Shown in pieces: positions 25,923-36,021 of a stretch of DNA of 53,601 nt. Under the pieces are notes generated by a model. The model was not told the origin of the DNA, did not search any database, and saw nothing but the letters and a program-made list of their open reading frames with translations. Location: the sequence record DRR723986_13570; one strand, 5' to 3'. The position numbers and the translations under genes are program-made. Each line of letters opens with the position of its first letter. Positions within the stretch are counted from its first letter, which is position 1.

Positions 25923-27652
25923 ACAATCACTCGACTCTTGCGAATATCCTTAATCATCAATTGAAGGCTAGAACTTCCATTCCAATGGTTTTCTTCTAAG
26001 GTGTACACAATGTCAATCGGCCCAGCCTGAAGTGCTGAAAACCAATCGGCTTGTCCAAAAGCAATCCCGTTCAAAATCAATCCGGGATACTCATCTTGCA
26101 CTAAAACCAATTTCAAATGTTCATCTTTTAAAACTCTAGAGTTGCCGGTATCTTTTACGGCACGACTCACAAAAACTGGTCTCTTATTTTCTGGTCCAAA
26201 AGGCCCAATTTGTTTTAAGATTCTGTAAAATCTAGGGATGCCTCCTCGTTGTTCTTCAAAAATATCTCGAAAGTCAATCTCGCAATCAATAGATATTTCG
26301 GGCACTTGTTGTTCTTCAGTAATCTGACGCGCAACTACTTGATCAAATTTCAGTTTGAAGGGCACCACTTGATTTAAATCTAGCGTCATTCCAGCTGCAT
26401 AAAAATGCCCGCCAAATTGTTCAATTAAGTCTGAGCATTCATTGATAGCCTCGTATACATTGAAGCCTTGAACTGATCTGGCAGAGCCTACTGCTTTACC
26501 GTTTGATTCAGTTAAAACCACAGTTGGCCTGTAATAGGTTTCTGTTAGTCTGGATGCTACAATTCCAACAACTCCTTTATGCCAATTCTCATTGAAAACT
26601 ACCGTTGATTTAGCGTTTAACAACCATTCGTCTTTTTCAATCATACTCAAGGCCTCTTGCGTAATTTCACGGTCAAGCCCTTTTCTTGTTTCGTTGTGTG
26701 TATTGATTAATTTCGAGATGTCTTCAACTTCTGCAAGCGTCTCGGCCAAAAGCAACTCCACTGCCTTGTTTCCAGAATCAATTCGGCCTGCGGCATTAAT
26801 TCGCGGTGCAATTGAAAAAACGACATCTGTAACACTCAATTCTCCAGTTTTATTTGCCAATTTTAATAAGGCTTCAAATCCAACTCTCGGTGTCTGATTT
26901 AACAGGTGTAAGCCATAATAGGCCAAAATTCTATTTTCGCCGGTCATGGGAACAATATCTGCTCCAATTGCAACCATTACTAAATCTAACAGATGGTAAA
27001 TATCATCTAATTCTTTGCCTCTTGTTTGATTAATGGCTTGCGCTAACTTAAAGCCCACGCCGCACCCGCACAGTTCTTTATAAGGATATTCACAACCTTC
27101 TTGTTTAGGGTTTAGTAAAATGGCATCTGGCAATTCAGATCCCGGCATGTGATGATCACACACTATAAAATCAATGCCTTTTGCTTTCGCTTCGGCTATT
27201 AATCCGACTGCTTTAGTTCCACAGTCTAAAGCGATTATCAATGAAAAACTGTTGTCTTCAGCGAATTCAATTCCAGCTTTGGATATGCCATATCCTTCTT
27301 TGTATCGATCAGGAATATAATATCCTACTTGGTCATATTCTGCAGTTAAAAAACTATACATCAAAGCCACCGAACTTGTACCGTCAACATCATAATCACC
27401 ATAAATTAAAATGTTTTCGTTCCTGGCAATGGCTTGTTCAATGCGATCCACCGCGGCCGACATCCCTTTCATTAAGAAAGGGTCATGCAGGTCTTTTATT
27501 TCAGGTCTAAAAAATGATTTTGCTTCGTCAAAAGATCGTATTCCACGCTGCGCTAATATACTCGCTACTGGTCTTGAAACTCCTACTTCTTCGATTAATT
27601 TGGCGACAACTTCGCGCTCCGGATTGTCTTTGATAACCCACCTTTTTTCCAT
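25919..27652 (-). CDS. recJ: Single-stranded-DNA-specific exonuclease RecJ
   Basis: YGDYDVDG, PDRYKEGYG, LDCG, CDHH, PRINAAGR, GSARS, FGGH..AAG; ATG 27652. Confidence 0.96.
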   Translation of the reverse strand: MEKRWVIKDNPEREVVAKLIEEVGVSRPVASILAQRGIRSFDEAKSFFRPEIKDLHDPFLMKGMSAAVDRIEQAIARNENILIYGDYDVDGTSSVALMYSFLTAEYDQVGYYIPDRYKEGYGISKAGIEFAEDNSFSLIIALDCGTKAVGLIAEAKAKGIDFIVCDHHMPGSELPDAILLNPKQEGCEYPYKELCGCGVGFKLAQAINQTRGKELDDIYHLLDLVMVAIGADIVPMTGENRILAYYGLHLLNQTPRVGFEALLKLANKTGELSVTDVVFSIAPRINAAGRIDSGNKAVELLLAETLAEVEDISKLINTHNETRKGLDREITQEALSMIEKDEWLLNAKSTVVFNENWHKGVVGIVASRLTETYYRPTVVLTESNGKAVGSARSVQGFNVYEAINECSDLIEQFGGHFYAAGMTLDLNQVVPFKLKFDQVVARQITEEQQVPEISIDCEIDFRDIFEEQRGGIPRFYRILKQIGPFGPENKRPVFVSRAVKDTGNSRVLKDEHLKLVLVQDEYPGLILNGIAFGQADWFSALQAGPIDIVYTLEENHWNGSSSLQLMIKDIRKSRVIV

Positions 27653-27803
27653 ACTTTTAATGAAATTAATTGTTGTTCTGTCTACTAATTGAATAGTATC
27701 CACCTGAAAATAATCAGGGTTTTGCGCGAGTTAATGCAAGATAAAAATAAATTTAATTTATGGAATCATTATTGCGGCATCATCCTCCAAAAAAAGTGTA
27801 TTT

Positions 27804-28433
27804 ATGAAATTGTTATCATTATTGAGCTTTCTCTGTGCTGCCTTCTTTGCATCTTCACAAACAAAATTGATTGCCTTTAAAAGTCATTCGGGGAATATGA
27901 TCAATTATAATTTAGCGCTTACAAACAAGCATTTTGACTTAGGGTTTCATAATTTAGGTATGGCACCAGAGCCTAAAATTCTAGAGGCTGAAATCGATTC
28001 GGTAATTTTTATCTCAGATTCTGTTGCGGTGATGGTGACTTCAAACGTTTGCAGAAACAGCCCCTGGTTTTATGGGAATGATTCTACGGTAGATTTTGAG
28101 AGCAAAACATTATGGTCTGCGGGTAGAGATACTGTTGTTAATCATCCCTTGTTTTCACAACAACATTCTTTAGATAGTATTAAAACGGAACTAAAAAGAA
28201 ACTATTATTTTCAAAACGACATTGAAAAAACGGTTTTTGTAGGATTCGATAACGGTGATGTTGAGTCGGAGGAACGAGAGAATGAGTCTGCTCCAGTAAT
28301 TGATAGCGACCCGCCTCAAACACCTGGACCAGGAATGATGATTTTATTTCTTGGGCTCTTTGCCCTTTTCGCAGGATTAATTTCTTGGCGATTTGCTATG
28401 ATCAAACGTGAAAATGCCATAAAAACGGCATGA
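27804..28433 (+). CDS. Exported hypothetical protein with Pro-rich linker and C-terminal membrane anchor
   Basis: Signal peptide, IAFKSHSG, DPPQTPGPG followed by a TM and a basic tail. Confidence 0.7.
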   Translation: MKLLSLLSFLCAAFFASSQTKLIAFKSHSGNMINYNLALTNKHFDLGFHNLGMAPEPKILEAEIDSVIFISDSVAVMVTSNVCRNSPWFYGNDSTVDFESKTLWSAGRDTVVNHPLFSQQHSLDSIKTELKRNYYFQNDIEKTVFVGFDNGDVESEERENESAPVIDSDPPQTPGPGMMILFLGLFALFAGLISWRFAMIKRENAIKTA

Positions 28434-29560
28434 AACAGCAACTGTATCATCTAACATTAATTTATGCGGTAGTTGCAATCGTTTTTATCCCAGCAGCCTT
28501 TAAATTAAGTGATGTTCAATACGATTTAATCAATCATCTTTTTGGATGGATTTCTGATGACCCCAACAAATTTTCATCAGATTCACGGAGTTTGTTGAAA
28601 CTGTTCGGAGTACTTTCTGTTCTGTCTGTTGGGCTATTCGTGCTGTTGTCTAGAACCCAATTCTGGGACAAAAACAAATCAAAATTGGCGGTTTTGTTCA
28701 AATTAATCATAGCCTATTACTTAGCTAGCAGATTTTTGGTTTACGGATTTGATAAAGTGGTGAAGAGTCAGTTTTTTATGCCCGAGCCAAATACATTATA
28801 TACACCAGTTGGTTATTTGTCAAAAGACATTTTGTATTGGACCAGCATGGGAACCTCTTATTGGTTTAATATTTTGACAGGATGCATTGAAATTGGGGCG
28901 GCCATTATGCTGTTGTTTGGAAAAACGAGATTTACCGGGCTTCTGTTACTGACAGGAATTTTGGTCAATGTTTTAATCATCAATATTGGCTTCGATATTT
29001 CGGTTAAAATGTATAGCCTGTTTTTACTATTTCTAGTTGTTTTATTGCTGTCTCCAAACCTAGCAAGATTGATGAAGTTTTTAACTGGTCATTCTACTCA
29101 ACTACAGCAACCGAGTAAAACGTTTGATGTCTTTTATCGCCCGTTTGTAAAAACTGCAACGAAATGTTTTGTTGTTGGATTAATGCTTTTAGATATGTCC
29201 TTGTTTGCGATTCAAACAGGGAATATTAATGATGATTTGGCTGAGCGTCCTCCTCTGCATGGGGCTTATCAAGTAGTAAATGAAAACGCATTAGGAGTCA
29301 AGCGGTTTTTTATTCATAGGAGAGGGTATCTCATTTTTCAACATGAAGATGAATCATTTACGGATTATGCCGTAAAGATTTTTGAAACGAAAATGAGCTT
29401 AATTAATTATAAAGATGAAATGAATGAAGTACCGTTTCGAGAAAAAAATGGACAGTTAGCATTAACCTTTAGAGGAAATCAATTAATTGGAAAAGAGTTA
29501 GACTGGAAAAGTATGCCTGCTTTACAAGACTCATTTCATTTTTTCATGCAGATAAATTGA
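28430..29560 (+). CDS. DoxX-like multi-pass membrane protein
   Basis: YGFDKVVKSQF..PEPNTLYTPVG..SKDILYWTSMGTSY..TGCIE; ATGA overlap with the upstream gene. Confidence 0.65.
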   Translation: MKQQLYHLTLIYAVVAIVFIPAAFKLSDVQYDLINHLFGWISDDPNKFSSDSRSLLKLFGVLSVLSVGLFVLLSRTQFWDKNKSKLAVLFKLIIAYYLASRFLVYGFDKVVKSQFFMPEPNTLYTPVGYLSKDILYWTSMGTSYWFNILTGCIEIGAAIMLLFGKTRFTGLLLLTGILVNVLIINIGFDISVKMYSLFLLFLVVLLLSPNLARLMKFLTGHSTQLQQPSKTFDVFYRPFVKTATKCFVVGLMLLDMSLFAIQTGNINDDLAERPPLHGAYQVVNENALGVKRFFIHRRGYLIFQHEDESFTDYAVKIFETKMSLINYKDEMNEVPFREKNGQLALTFRGNQLIGKELDWKSMPALQDSFHFFMQIN

Positions 29561-29583
29561 AGTCAATAGACTATCTTTAATAA

Positions 29584-30660
29584 ATGAATATGGCTGGTTT
29601 GTATCATGATTTTTTAGGATGGAATTATGTGCTGTGGTTTTCAGGAGGCCTCGTATTGGCCTGGCTATATTTAATTCATTTGATTAAGAAACGAAAAAAA
29701 GCGATCTCAATAAAAACGAATGTAGCTTTTGTTAGCATTACTATTATTTTGATTTTACATTTTGTGTTCGTAGCTATTATCAATCCTTATTTTTTTGGAT
29801 ATGGAAGTCCAAAAAAGCTGGATAAAATGCTATTTATTGATAATTATATATGCTTGTTCGATACAGAAACAGACGTGATGACACCAGAAGATGATTATGG
29901 AGATCAAGAATTAAATATCCATACTCGAGTTCATGTGGTGGATAAAAATTCGCAGGAGTTGCTTTATTCCGAACAGTTAGGAACCAATTACACTTATCAA
30001 GGGATTCAGAACAGAATTTACTTTATTGGGAACTCTACCAGCCCAAAAGAGAATGATAATTATATCAAATCTATTGAGCAATTCAATCCTAAAACAAAAG
30101 AACGAAAAATGATTGCCGAACAAGGCGAGGAGGTCAGTGTCGGTGATAAATCCGCATATGTTTTTGAAATAATAATTGAAAACGGGATTTTGATTAATAC
30201 TAAAAAGGCAGAAAGATTCGCTTATGATGCAGATAAAGAGCAGTTTAAACCCGTAGATTCCGTTCAGTATTTTCCACCCAATCCAACAGTGAATTTCAGA
30301 TATTTAGAAAAGCAGAATAATTCAGATGTTTCAAGTATTTCTTATAAGCACAAAGACTTAAATCAACGGTTTATTCTTCCAAACTATTTATGTGAGTTCA
30401 GTATATCAAATAAAGATTATTGTCTTGTGAGGGCATATAATGATTTGACAAAACAACTTGAAGAAATCAGTGTCATTAATGATCAAGGTGAACTTATGTG
30501 GAAGAAATCTGTAATAAATTTGGGAGATGCTTGTGATGTTAGTTTAGACGGTTTTGATCTTATGCTTATTAATCAGGAAAACTGTTACCTTACAAGTGGT
30601 TCTTACTTATTTGAGTGTGACGCATTAAACGGAAACCTCAATTGGTGGATTAAATTATAA
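29584..30660 (+). CDS. Hypothetical membrane-anchored protein with probable beta-propeller (PQQ-like) periplasmic domain
   Basis: Two N-terminal TMs; GELMWK and DALNGNLNW blade-like motifs. Confidence 0.6.
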   Translation: MNMAGLYHDFLGWNYVLWFSGGLVLAWLYLIHLIKKRKKAISIKTNVAFVSITIILILHFVFVAIINPYFFGYGSPKKLDKMLFIDNYICLFDTETDVMTPEDDYGDQELNIHTRVHVVDKNSQELLYSEQLGTNYTYQGIQNRIYFIGNSTSPKENDNYIKSIEQFNPKTKERKMIAEQGEEVSVGDKSAYVFEIIIENGILINTKKAERFAYDADKEQFKPVDSVQYFPPNPTVNFRYLEKQNNSDVSSISYKHKDLNQRFILPNYLCEFSISNKDYCLVRAYNDLTKQLEEISVINDQGELMWKKSVINLGDACDVSLDGFDLMLINQENCYLTSGSYLFECDALNGNLNWWIKL

Positions 30661-30664
30661 TTAC

Positions 30665-31378
30665 ATGAAAAAGAATTTTTTATTAACCTTATTTTCGGTT
30701 TTAGTGCTGCATTCAGCTCAGGCAGATAAAGGAGAGCTTATCTCTTTTTATTTCCATAAGGATGCCTTGTTTGAACTGAGCTCGGTTGCCAAAGTTGCTC
30801 CACAACAATTTGGTAAGTATGAATTAAAGGAAGCACCAGGTAACGAGATGAGACGTGCAGCAGGTAATTATATATATGTTGATGAAACGGGAATCTATTT
30901 GAAAAAAAATAAACTCTTGAATATCTCTAGAGAAGAAGTGAGGGAAAATTCTAAATACACAGTTCGCGACAATTATATTCATGGAGTAGTGGAAAATGAT
31001 TCACTACCAGTGGCCCTAGATGGTGAGGAGTATTACTTTTTAGTTCCAGCAAAAACCTATTTAATTCAGAATCCTGGTGGAGCAGATCGGATGATGCAAA
31101 TTAGCAAGAGTAGATACGCTATATTTACCTATGAGGACAATGGATATTACTCAGCGATAATAGTTGATTTTGTGGCAGGCGGAATTGAGTTAAAAGAAAT
31201 ATCAATGTCTAGTACTGGCGATCAGTCCGTTGAGCAAATAGAGAAAAAAGAAGTCAAAGAACCTGAGGGAAACGGGTTTAAAACTTATATCTTGAGCCCA
31301 ACAAAAAGTGAATGGTCGTCAATCATCTTCTCAAAGTGCTTGGTGACCTACGATAGTTATTCAAAATTAGCTGGATGA
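30665..31378 (+). CDS. Secreted hypothetical protein
   Basis: Signal peptide, 237 aa ORF in a tightly packed gene run. Confidence 0.7.
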   Translation: MKKNFLLTLFSVLVLHSAQADKGELISFYFHKDALFELSSVAKVAPQQFGKYELKEAPGNEMRRAAGNYIYVDETGIYLKKNKLLNISREEVRENSKYTVRDNYIHGVVENDSLPVALDGEEYYFLVPAKTYLIQNPGGADRMMQISKSRYAIFTYEDNGYYSAIIVDFVAGGIELKEISMSSTGDQSVEQIEKKEVKEPEGNGFKTYILSPTKSEWSSIIFSKCLVTYDSYSKLAG

Positions 31379-31662
31379 GAAATGTCTTAATTGGAACTGG
31401 TTTATTGGTGAGTTTAATCGTAGTAATTGTTTTACAGGCACTTCTGGTTTGGTATTCTAACAAACCAGAAGTATGGATGTCATATTGGTTGGGTTACGAG
31501 AATATTAAATTGATACTCACTATCGCCAGCATCATATTTTTAGGTCATATTTCATTTGTAGTTTGGGCTGCTAGATCTAGAAAAGTTGAATGGCACTGGG
31601 CGATTCCTTTGACGATTATGCCTTATATGATTGGCGTCATTATTCAAGGACTTCTTTTTTAA
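31375..31662 (+). CDS. Small membrane protein (3 TM)
   Basis: ATGA and TAATG overlaps with both neighbours, three hydrophobic segments. Confidence 0.65.
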   Translation: MRNVLIGTGLLVSLIVVIVLQALLVWYSNKPEVWMSYWLGYENIKLILTIASIIFLGHISFVVWAARSRKVEWHWAIPLTIMPYMIGVIIQGLLF

Positions 31663-32522
31663 TGCGTCAGACCTACTGCATACTATTGTTGTTTGTTATT
31701 CAGTCTTGTAAAAGTGACGGACTCGATCGAAACCCAGATCCCAATCAATCAATAGAAATAGCAGAAGAATTAGTATCCTCAGAATATGGTTTGATTTGGC
31801 ATTATGATGATGAATTTGAAGCCAGTCAACAAGATATTTATGAAAGGTGGTTGACAGATGTGTATGAGGCTTGTACGACAAGTTTAGGTGCATATCCCTT
31901 TGACATGAACGTACATTTTCACAAATCTTCAAATAGATCTGTTCCGGTTTCATTCGGGCATACAAGGCGCAATGAGTTTAACGAACTCCATTTTTATGTT
32001 AACCCTGAAGCCACCTATGATGAATTAATTGCCGATTGGACAGCTCAACATGAAATGAGTCATCACTCCATTCCATTTGTAGGTAAAAAATTCCAATGGT
32101 TTTCTGAAGGATATGCAACCTATATGAGTAGAAGAATCATGATTTTACAAGGGTTTTATACCGAAGAGAGTTTTGATAGTCTTTATTTGAACAATATTAT
32201 TGACAAAAAGCGCTTTTACACTGACTCTACCTTGACTTTTTCTGAGGCATCTGCTCAACTCTTCAAACAATCAAATTACGGTGCTGTTTATTGGGCAGGG
32301 TCAGGTTTTTTCTACAAAGCAGATCAATTGCTTCAAGAACATCACAATATGCGAATGGAAGATGTCATCAAAAAGTACCAAGGCTGTTGTCGTTTGAAAG
32401 ACAAGAATTATCGCAGTGTCATTCGCTCGTTTGATGAGATTATCAATTCAGATATCTTTACAACATTGAGTGATCAATACACGCTGGCGCCTTGCACCGA
32501 AGTGATGGCCGCTTTTAATTAA
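31662..32522 (+). CDS. Lipoprotein zinc metallopeptidase, gluzincin type (M1/M61-like catalytic domain)
   Basis: Lipobox IQS-C from ATG 31662; HEMSH followed by WFSEGYATY; VYWAG. Confidence 0.75.
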   Translation: MRQTYCILLLFVIQSCKSDGLDRNPDPNQSIEIAEELVSSEYGLIWHYDDEFEASQQDIYERWLTDVYEACTTSLGAYPFDMNVHFHKSSNRSVPVSFGHTRRNEFNELHFYVNPEATYDELIADWTAQHEMSHHSIPFVGKKFQWFSEGYATYMSRRIMILQGFYTEESFDSLYLNNIIDKKRFYTDSTLTFSEASAQLFKQSNYGAVYWAGSGFFYKADQLLQEHHNMRMEDVIKKYQGCCRLKDKNYRSVIRSFDEIINSDIFTTLSDQYTLAPCTEVMAAFN

Positions 32523-33106
32523 GCTTTAGATTCCTCATCTGATGACTTTTCTTCTTTTTTGTCATCATCATCATCCAAACCTAACTTATCCTCAATTTTA
32601 TCTTCTACCTTATCCGCTATATCTTCCACCTTATCTTCTACAATTTCAGCGCTATCTTCGATATCACCAATAACTTCTTTTACCGTTGGCATATCTACAG
32701 AGCCATCCGCGTTAAAAAAGTAAGGTGTCAACGCAGTAAGTAGAGAAGCAACCAATGCTAGATATACACCTATTTGTGCGGAATCATATTTCGATAAAGC
32801 ATAGGCAATGATTACAAAACCTGAAAATAGCAAGGCTAAACCACTTACAACCAAAATGGTCATTTTAGGAAAGCCTTTGGCAATCATTTTTTCTTTTGGA
32901 CCAATTAGCGCAGCAACAGCAATAACAAGGAACAATATGATGTTCACGTATCCCAACCATGTGTCAATACCATACTGAGTCAATGGTTCCATGTTAAAAT
33001 TGAAACCAAATTCTGATCCGTCAATGGTTACCGTTCTCCAAGGTAATAATGAAGCAAACATTCCAATTCCGGCCATCACAGCCACTGATATTCTTCCTTT
33101 GTGCAT
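32519..33106 (-). CDS. Membrane protein (4 TM) with acidic repetitive C-terminal tail
   Basis: LLPW motif, four TMs, VEDK/IADK/VEDK/IEDK tail. Confidence 0.75.
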   Translation of the reverse strand: MHKGRISVAVMAGIGMFASLLPWRTVTIDGSEFGFNFNMEPLTQYGIDTWLGYVNIILFLVIAVAALIGPKEKMIAKGFPKMTILVVSGLALLFSGFVIIAYALSKYDSAQIGVYLALVASLLTALTPYFFNADGSVDMPTVKEVIGDIEDSAEIVEDKVEDIADKVEDKIEDKLGLDDDDDKKEEKSSDEESKA

Positions 33107-33144
33107 TTTGTTATTTTTAGAATGCGAAGCTATGAAATTACTAC

Positions 33145-35013
33145 CTAAAGTTTGACAAACTCTTGCTGAAAAATTGTGCCTTGCGAATTCTGCAGTAAAA
33201 TGAAGTAGGTGCCTCTTTCTAAGCTAGAAACGTTAATTGAAGCTTGGTTGAATAGGTTTGACTGTACAGTCTTTCCAGCAATATCAATAATGGAGTAATC
33301 GTAAATGTCATCAGGTGTGGAAATAAAAAGTAACTCACTTGTTGGATTAGGATAAATTGAAACGCTCGGGATCTCTTCGTTTAATTCGAGATTTTGATTT
33401 TGGCCTGGTAGGTTGATTTTACTCGGATATCCAGCTGAATGATGAATGGTCATATTGGCCACATTTCCTGTGCCGGATTGATACATGGTTCCACCATCCT
33501 GAAGATTAACATTAAACCTAATTGCATGATTCCCGCTTACATAAATTTTTATTTGATGGCCTGCTTTCCAAGTGTAACGAGTAAATGGTAATTCAACAGT
33601 CGCTAATACAACTTCACCAGGAGTTAAAAACTCTTCACCTGAACTCGTATAATCTCCATTTCTGAATCGTAATCGTTGAATTCCATCTGTAATTAACATG
33701 CTATTTCCGTTTGGATAAACATCCGTTAAGCGAATGGCAATATCACCATCAGCTTGATCTGAAGAAACATAAACATCAATACTAACCCTTCCTGTAATGG
33801 TCACATCTTGATTGAGTATGGCAGATGAAAATGTAAGAAGATCTGACCGTGTGTTTAAACTGTTTTGATCGTAAGGGCCCTGATCCAAATTGCTATGTAG
33901 AGTCGCGCCGCCAATAGTAGGAGAGGGGTCAGAAGGATCACAGATAAAGTTGGAGCTAGAAACTCCCATTCCTGAAGTAAGCTGGCCGTTTGCATTGAGG
34001 TAAAGTACATCTGATCCGGTTGCCTCAATGGTAGTAGCGTTTGAGGTTAACCATTGATCGCTTCCACCCATATCGAAATAAGTAATCATATCGGTGTTTT
34101 GCCAGTTGTTAGGATTATCTAACAGATAAAATTGAAAAAAGTCCCAAGCCATAGAATCACTTTTGAATTCTGCAGAAGGATAGGTTAACTCCCCTTGAAT
34201 TGATGATCCTACATAAGCTGCGCCCGTTCCACCATGAGCCCAAGGTCCAACTAATAACCATTGTTCATCTTGAACTGAGGCAGCTGCTAAATTTCTACTG
34301 TCTTCATAAAAATCCATCATTTTATCAATATTGTGATCATACCAACCTCCAATTTGTAAAGTTGGAATTTGGATATCGTCAGCATACCATGTGTTACTAT
34401 TGCTTATTTGCCAAGTTAAATTATCGTAGACATTCGCCATTACTATTGGTGATAACCCATAGCCCAGAGCGTCTAAGGTGTTGAGTCTTGCTTCTTCCAG
34501 CACTCCACCGTAGAAATAAGTGTCGTATGATTGATGACCAGTAGCTACGATTGGAACGGCACATGTATGGTTAGGGTGATTTTCTACCATTGTGTTGTAT
34601 TGAACACCACCTAATGCGGATGGACCCCAGGTTCCGATTCTATCTTTATGCCAAGTCTGTTGAACTATCCAATCCATAATGTCATAACCATCCTCTCCTC
34701 TCGTAAAATTGGATAAATCAGCCATGTTTGAACCATAGAATCCCCTCCAATCAACAATTACGAAAATAAATGGCTGACTGTCTAAATTCATTCCTACTCC
34801 CATTGGTAAAGACCAAGCAAATGTGTTTTTATTGTAAGGTGTTTGAATTAATATCACTTCAGCAGAATCAACTCCTGTTGGTATATAAACATCCGCTTGT
34901 AAAGATTCACCATCACGCATAGGCACCCAAACATCATCTAATGCCGGAGTCATTTGGGCAATGCTAAGAATTGAAATTGAACAGAATGTGAAAAAAAGTA
35001 TTACTTGTTTCAT
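33145..35013 (-). CDS. CocE/NonD family alpha/beta hydrolase with T9SS type A CTD
   Basis: VPMRDG, QTPY, DWRG, GPSALG nucleophile elbow, GGWYD, GPWAH; IYPNPT...GTYFI CTD. Confidence 0.88.
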   Translation of the reverse strand: MKQVILFFTFCSISILSIAQMTPALDDVWVPMRDGESLQADVYIPTGVDSAEVILIQTPYNKNTFAWSLPMGVGMNLDSQPFIFVIVDWRGFYGSNMADLSNFTRGEDGYDIMDWIVQQTWHKDRIGTWGPSALGGVQYNTMVENHPNHTCAVPIVATGHQSYDTYFYGGVLEEARLNTLDALGYGLSPIVMANVYDNLTWQISNSNTWYADDIQIPTLQIGGWYDHNIDKMMDFYEDSRNLAAASVQDEQWLLVGPWAHGGTGAAYVGSSIQGELTYPSAEFKSDSMAWDFFQFYLLDNPNNWQNTDMITYFDMGGSDQWLTSNATTIEATGSDVLYLNANGQLTSGMGVSSSNFICDPSDPSPTIGGATLHSNLDQGPYDQNSLNTRSDLLTFSSAILNQDVTITGRVSIDVYVSSDQADGDIAIRLTDVYPNGNSMLITDGIQRLRFRNGDYTSSGEEFLTPGEVVLATVELPFTRYTWKAGHQIKIYVSGNHAIRFNVNLQDGGTMYQSGTGNVANMTIHHSAGYPSKINLPGQNQNLELNEEIPSVSIYPNPTSELLFISTPDDIYDYSIIDIAGKTVQSNLFNQASINVSSLERGTYFILLQNSQGTIFQQEFVKL

Positions 35014-35276
35014 GGTAGGTTTATTGAATGTCGATTTGTTGATTTAAATCCCCTATTGATTTATTCCAAAGATTCTTAAATCGTATTAAATCTATTCATT
35101 TTACCTTAATGAATTGATTTACAGACAGTCTATTTAACAAGAAATTTAAACCTAAACTTTCCTAAAAAGTAAATTTAACGCCTGAAAACTAACATATTTA
35201 GAAATAATACCGCATCTTTGTGGCCGTTAATAACCAATGGTCGCAAGCAAAAGACCTTGAAACAAATAAGAAAAGA

Positions 35277-35906
35277 ATGAAAAAATTAATTTATGTTTTG
35301 CCGTTAGCTTTTACAATGATGGCATGTGGAGAAGGATCAAGTGCAGATGATTTATCATTAGATTCTAATTCTGGAATCGAAGATATCGATAACGCCGTTC
35401 ACAGTTTTGCAGATGGTGAAGCTTCAACAGCACAACAATATTTCTCAGGATTAGTTGCTGAGGTAGTTAAAGTTGACGTTAAATTCAGAGAAGTTGAAGC
35501 ATTAGATGAAATTGATGCATCAGAAGATAAATTTAATGCAGTGTTAGATTCTGCAATTGTTTTGATTGCTGACGGTAGAAAAGCTTTAGACTTATATGCT
35601 GACAAAACATGGCCGAAAAGAGCAGAATTTCATGATTTAACTTTGGAGTGGTTTGCTGCTATCGAGGGAATGATCAACGATTATTTATATGATCTTGCTG
35701 GACCAATGTCTAGAGCTGATGAAACTTGGACAGATGAAGAATTAGATTTCTACACTGAGTATACTGAGGCTTACGAAGATTATTATGAAGTTGACGCACG
35801 TTGGGTTGATTTTCAATATGAATTTGCTGCAGCTAACAACTTTGAGTTAGGTGGAACAATTGATGAAGAAGCAATGGTGAACGAAGAAGTTTCTCACATG
35901 GAGTAA
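35277..35906 (+). CDS. Highly acidic helical lipoprotein of unknown function
   Basis: MKKLIYVLPLAFTMMA-C lipobox from ATG 35277; D/E-rich; own promoter and terminator. Confidence 0.8.
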   Translation: MKKLIYVLPLAFTMMACGEGSSADDLSLDSNSGIEDIDNAVHSFADGEASTAQQYFSGLVAEVVKVDVKFREVEALDEIDASEDKFNAVLDSAIVLIADGRKALDLYADKTWPKRAEFHDLTLEWFAAIEGMINDYLYDLAGPMSRADETWTDEELDFYTEYTEAYEDYYEVDARWVDFQYEFAAANNFELGGTIDEEAMVNEEVSHME

Positions 35907-35929
35907 TATTCGTTTAAGAATACTATTAA

Positions 35930-35964
35930 AAAAAGGCCTAAAGAAGAACTCTTTAGGCCTTTTT
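35930..35964 (+). terminator. Intrinsic terminator
   Basis: AAAAAGGCCTAAAGA-agaac-TCTTTAGGCCTTTTT. Confidence 0.9.
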
Positions 35965-36021
35965 GCGTATAATCACCTAAATAGTTGATTATTTGATAAT
36001 TAATGCTTATACTATTACACT

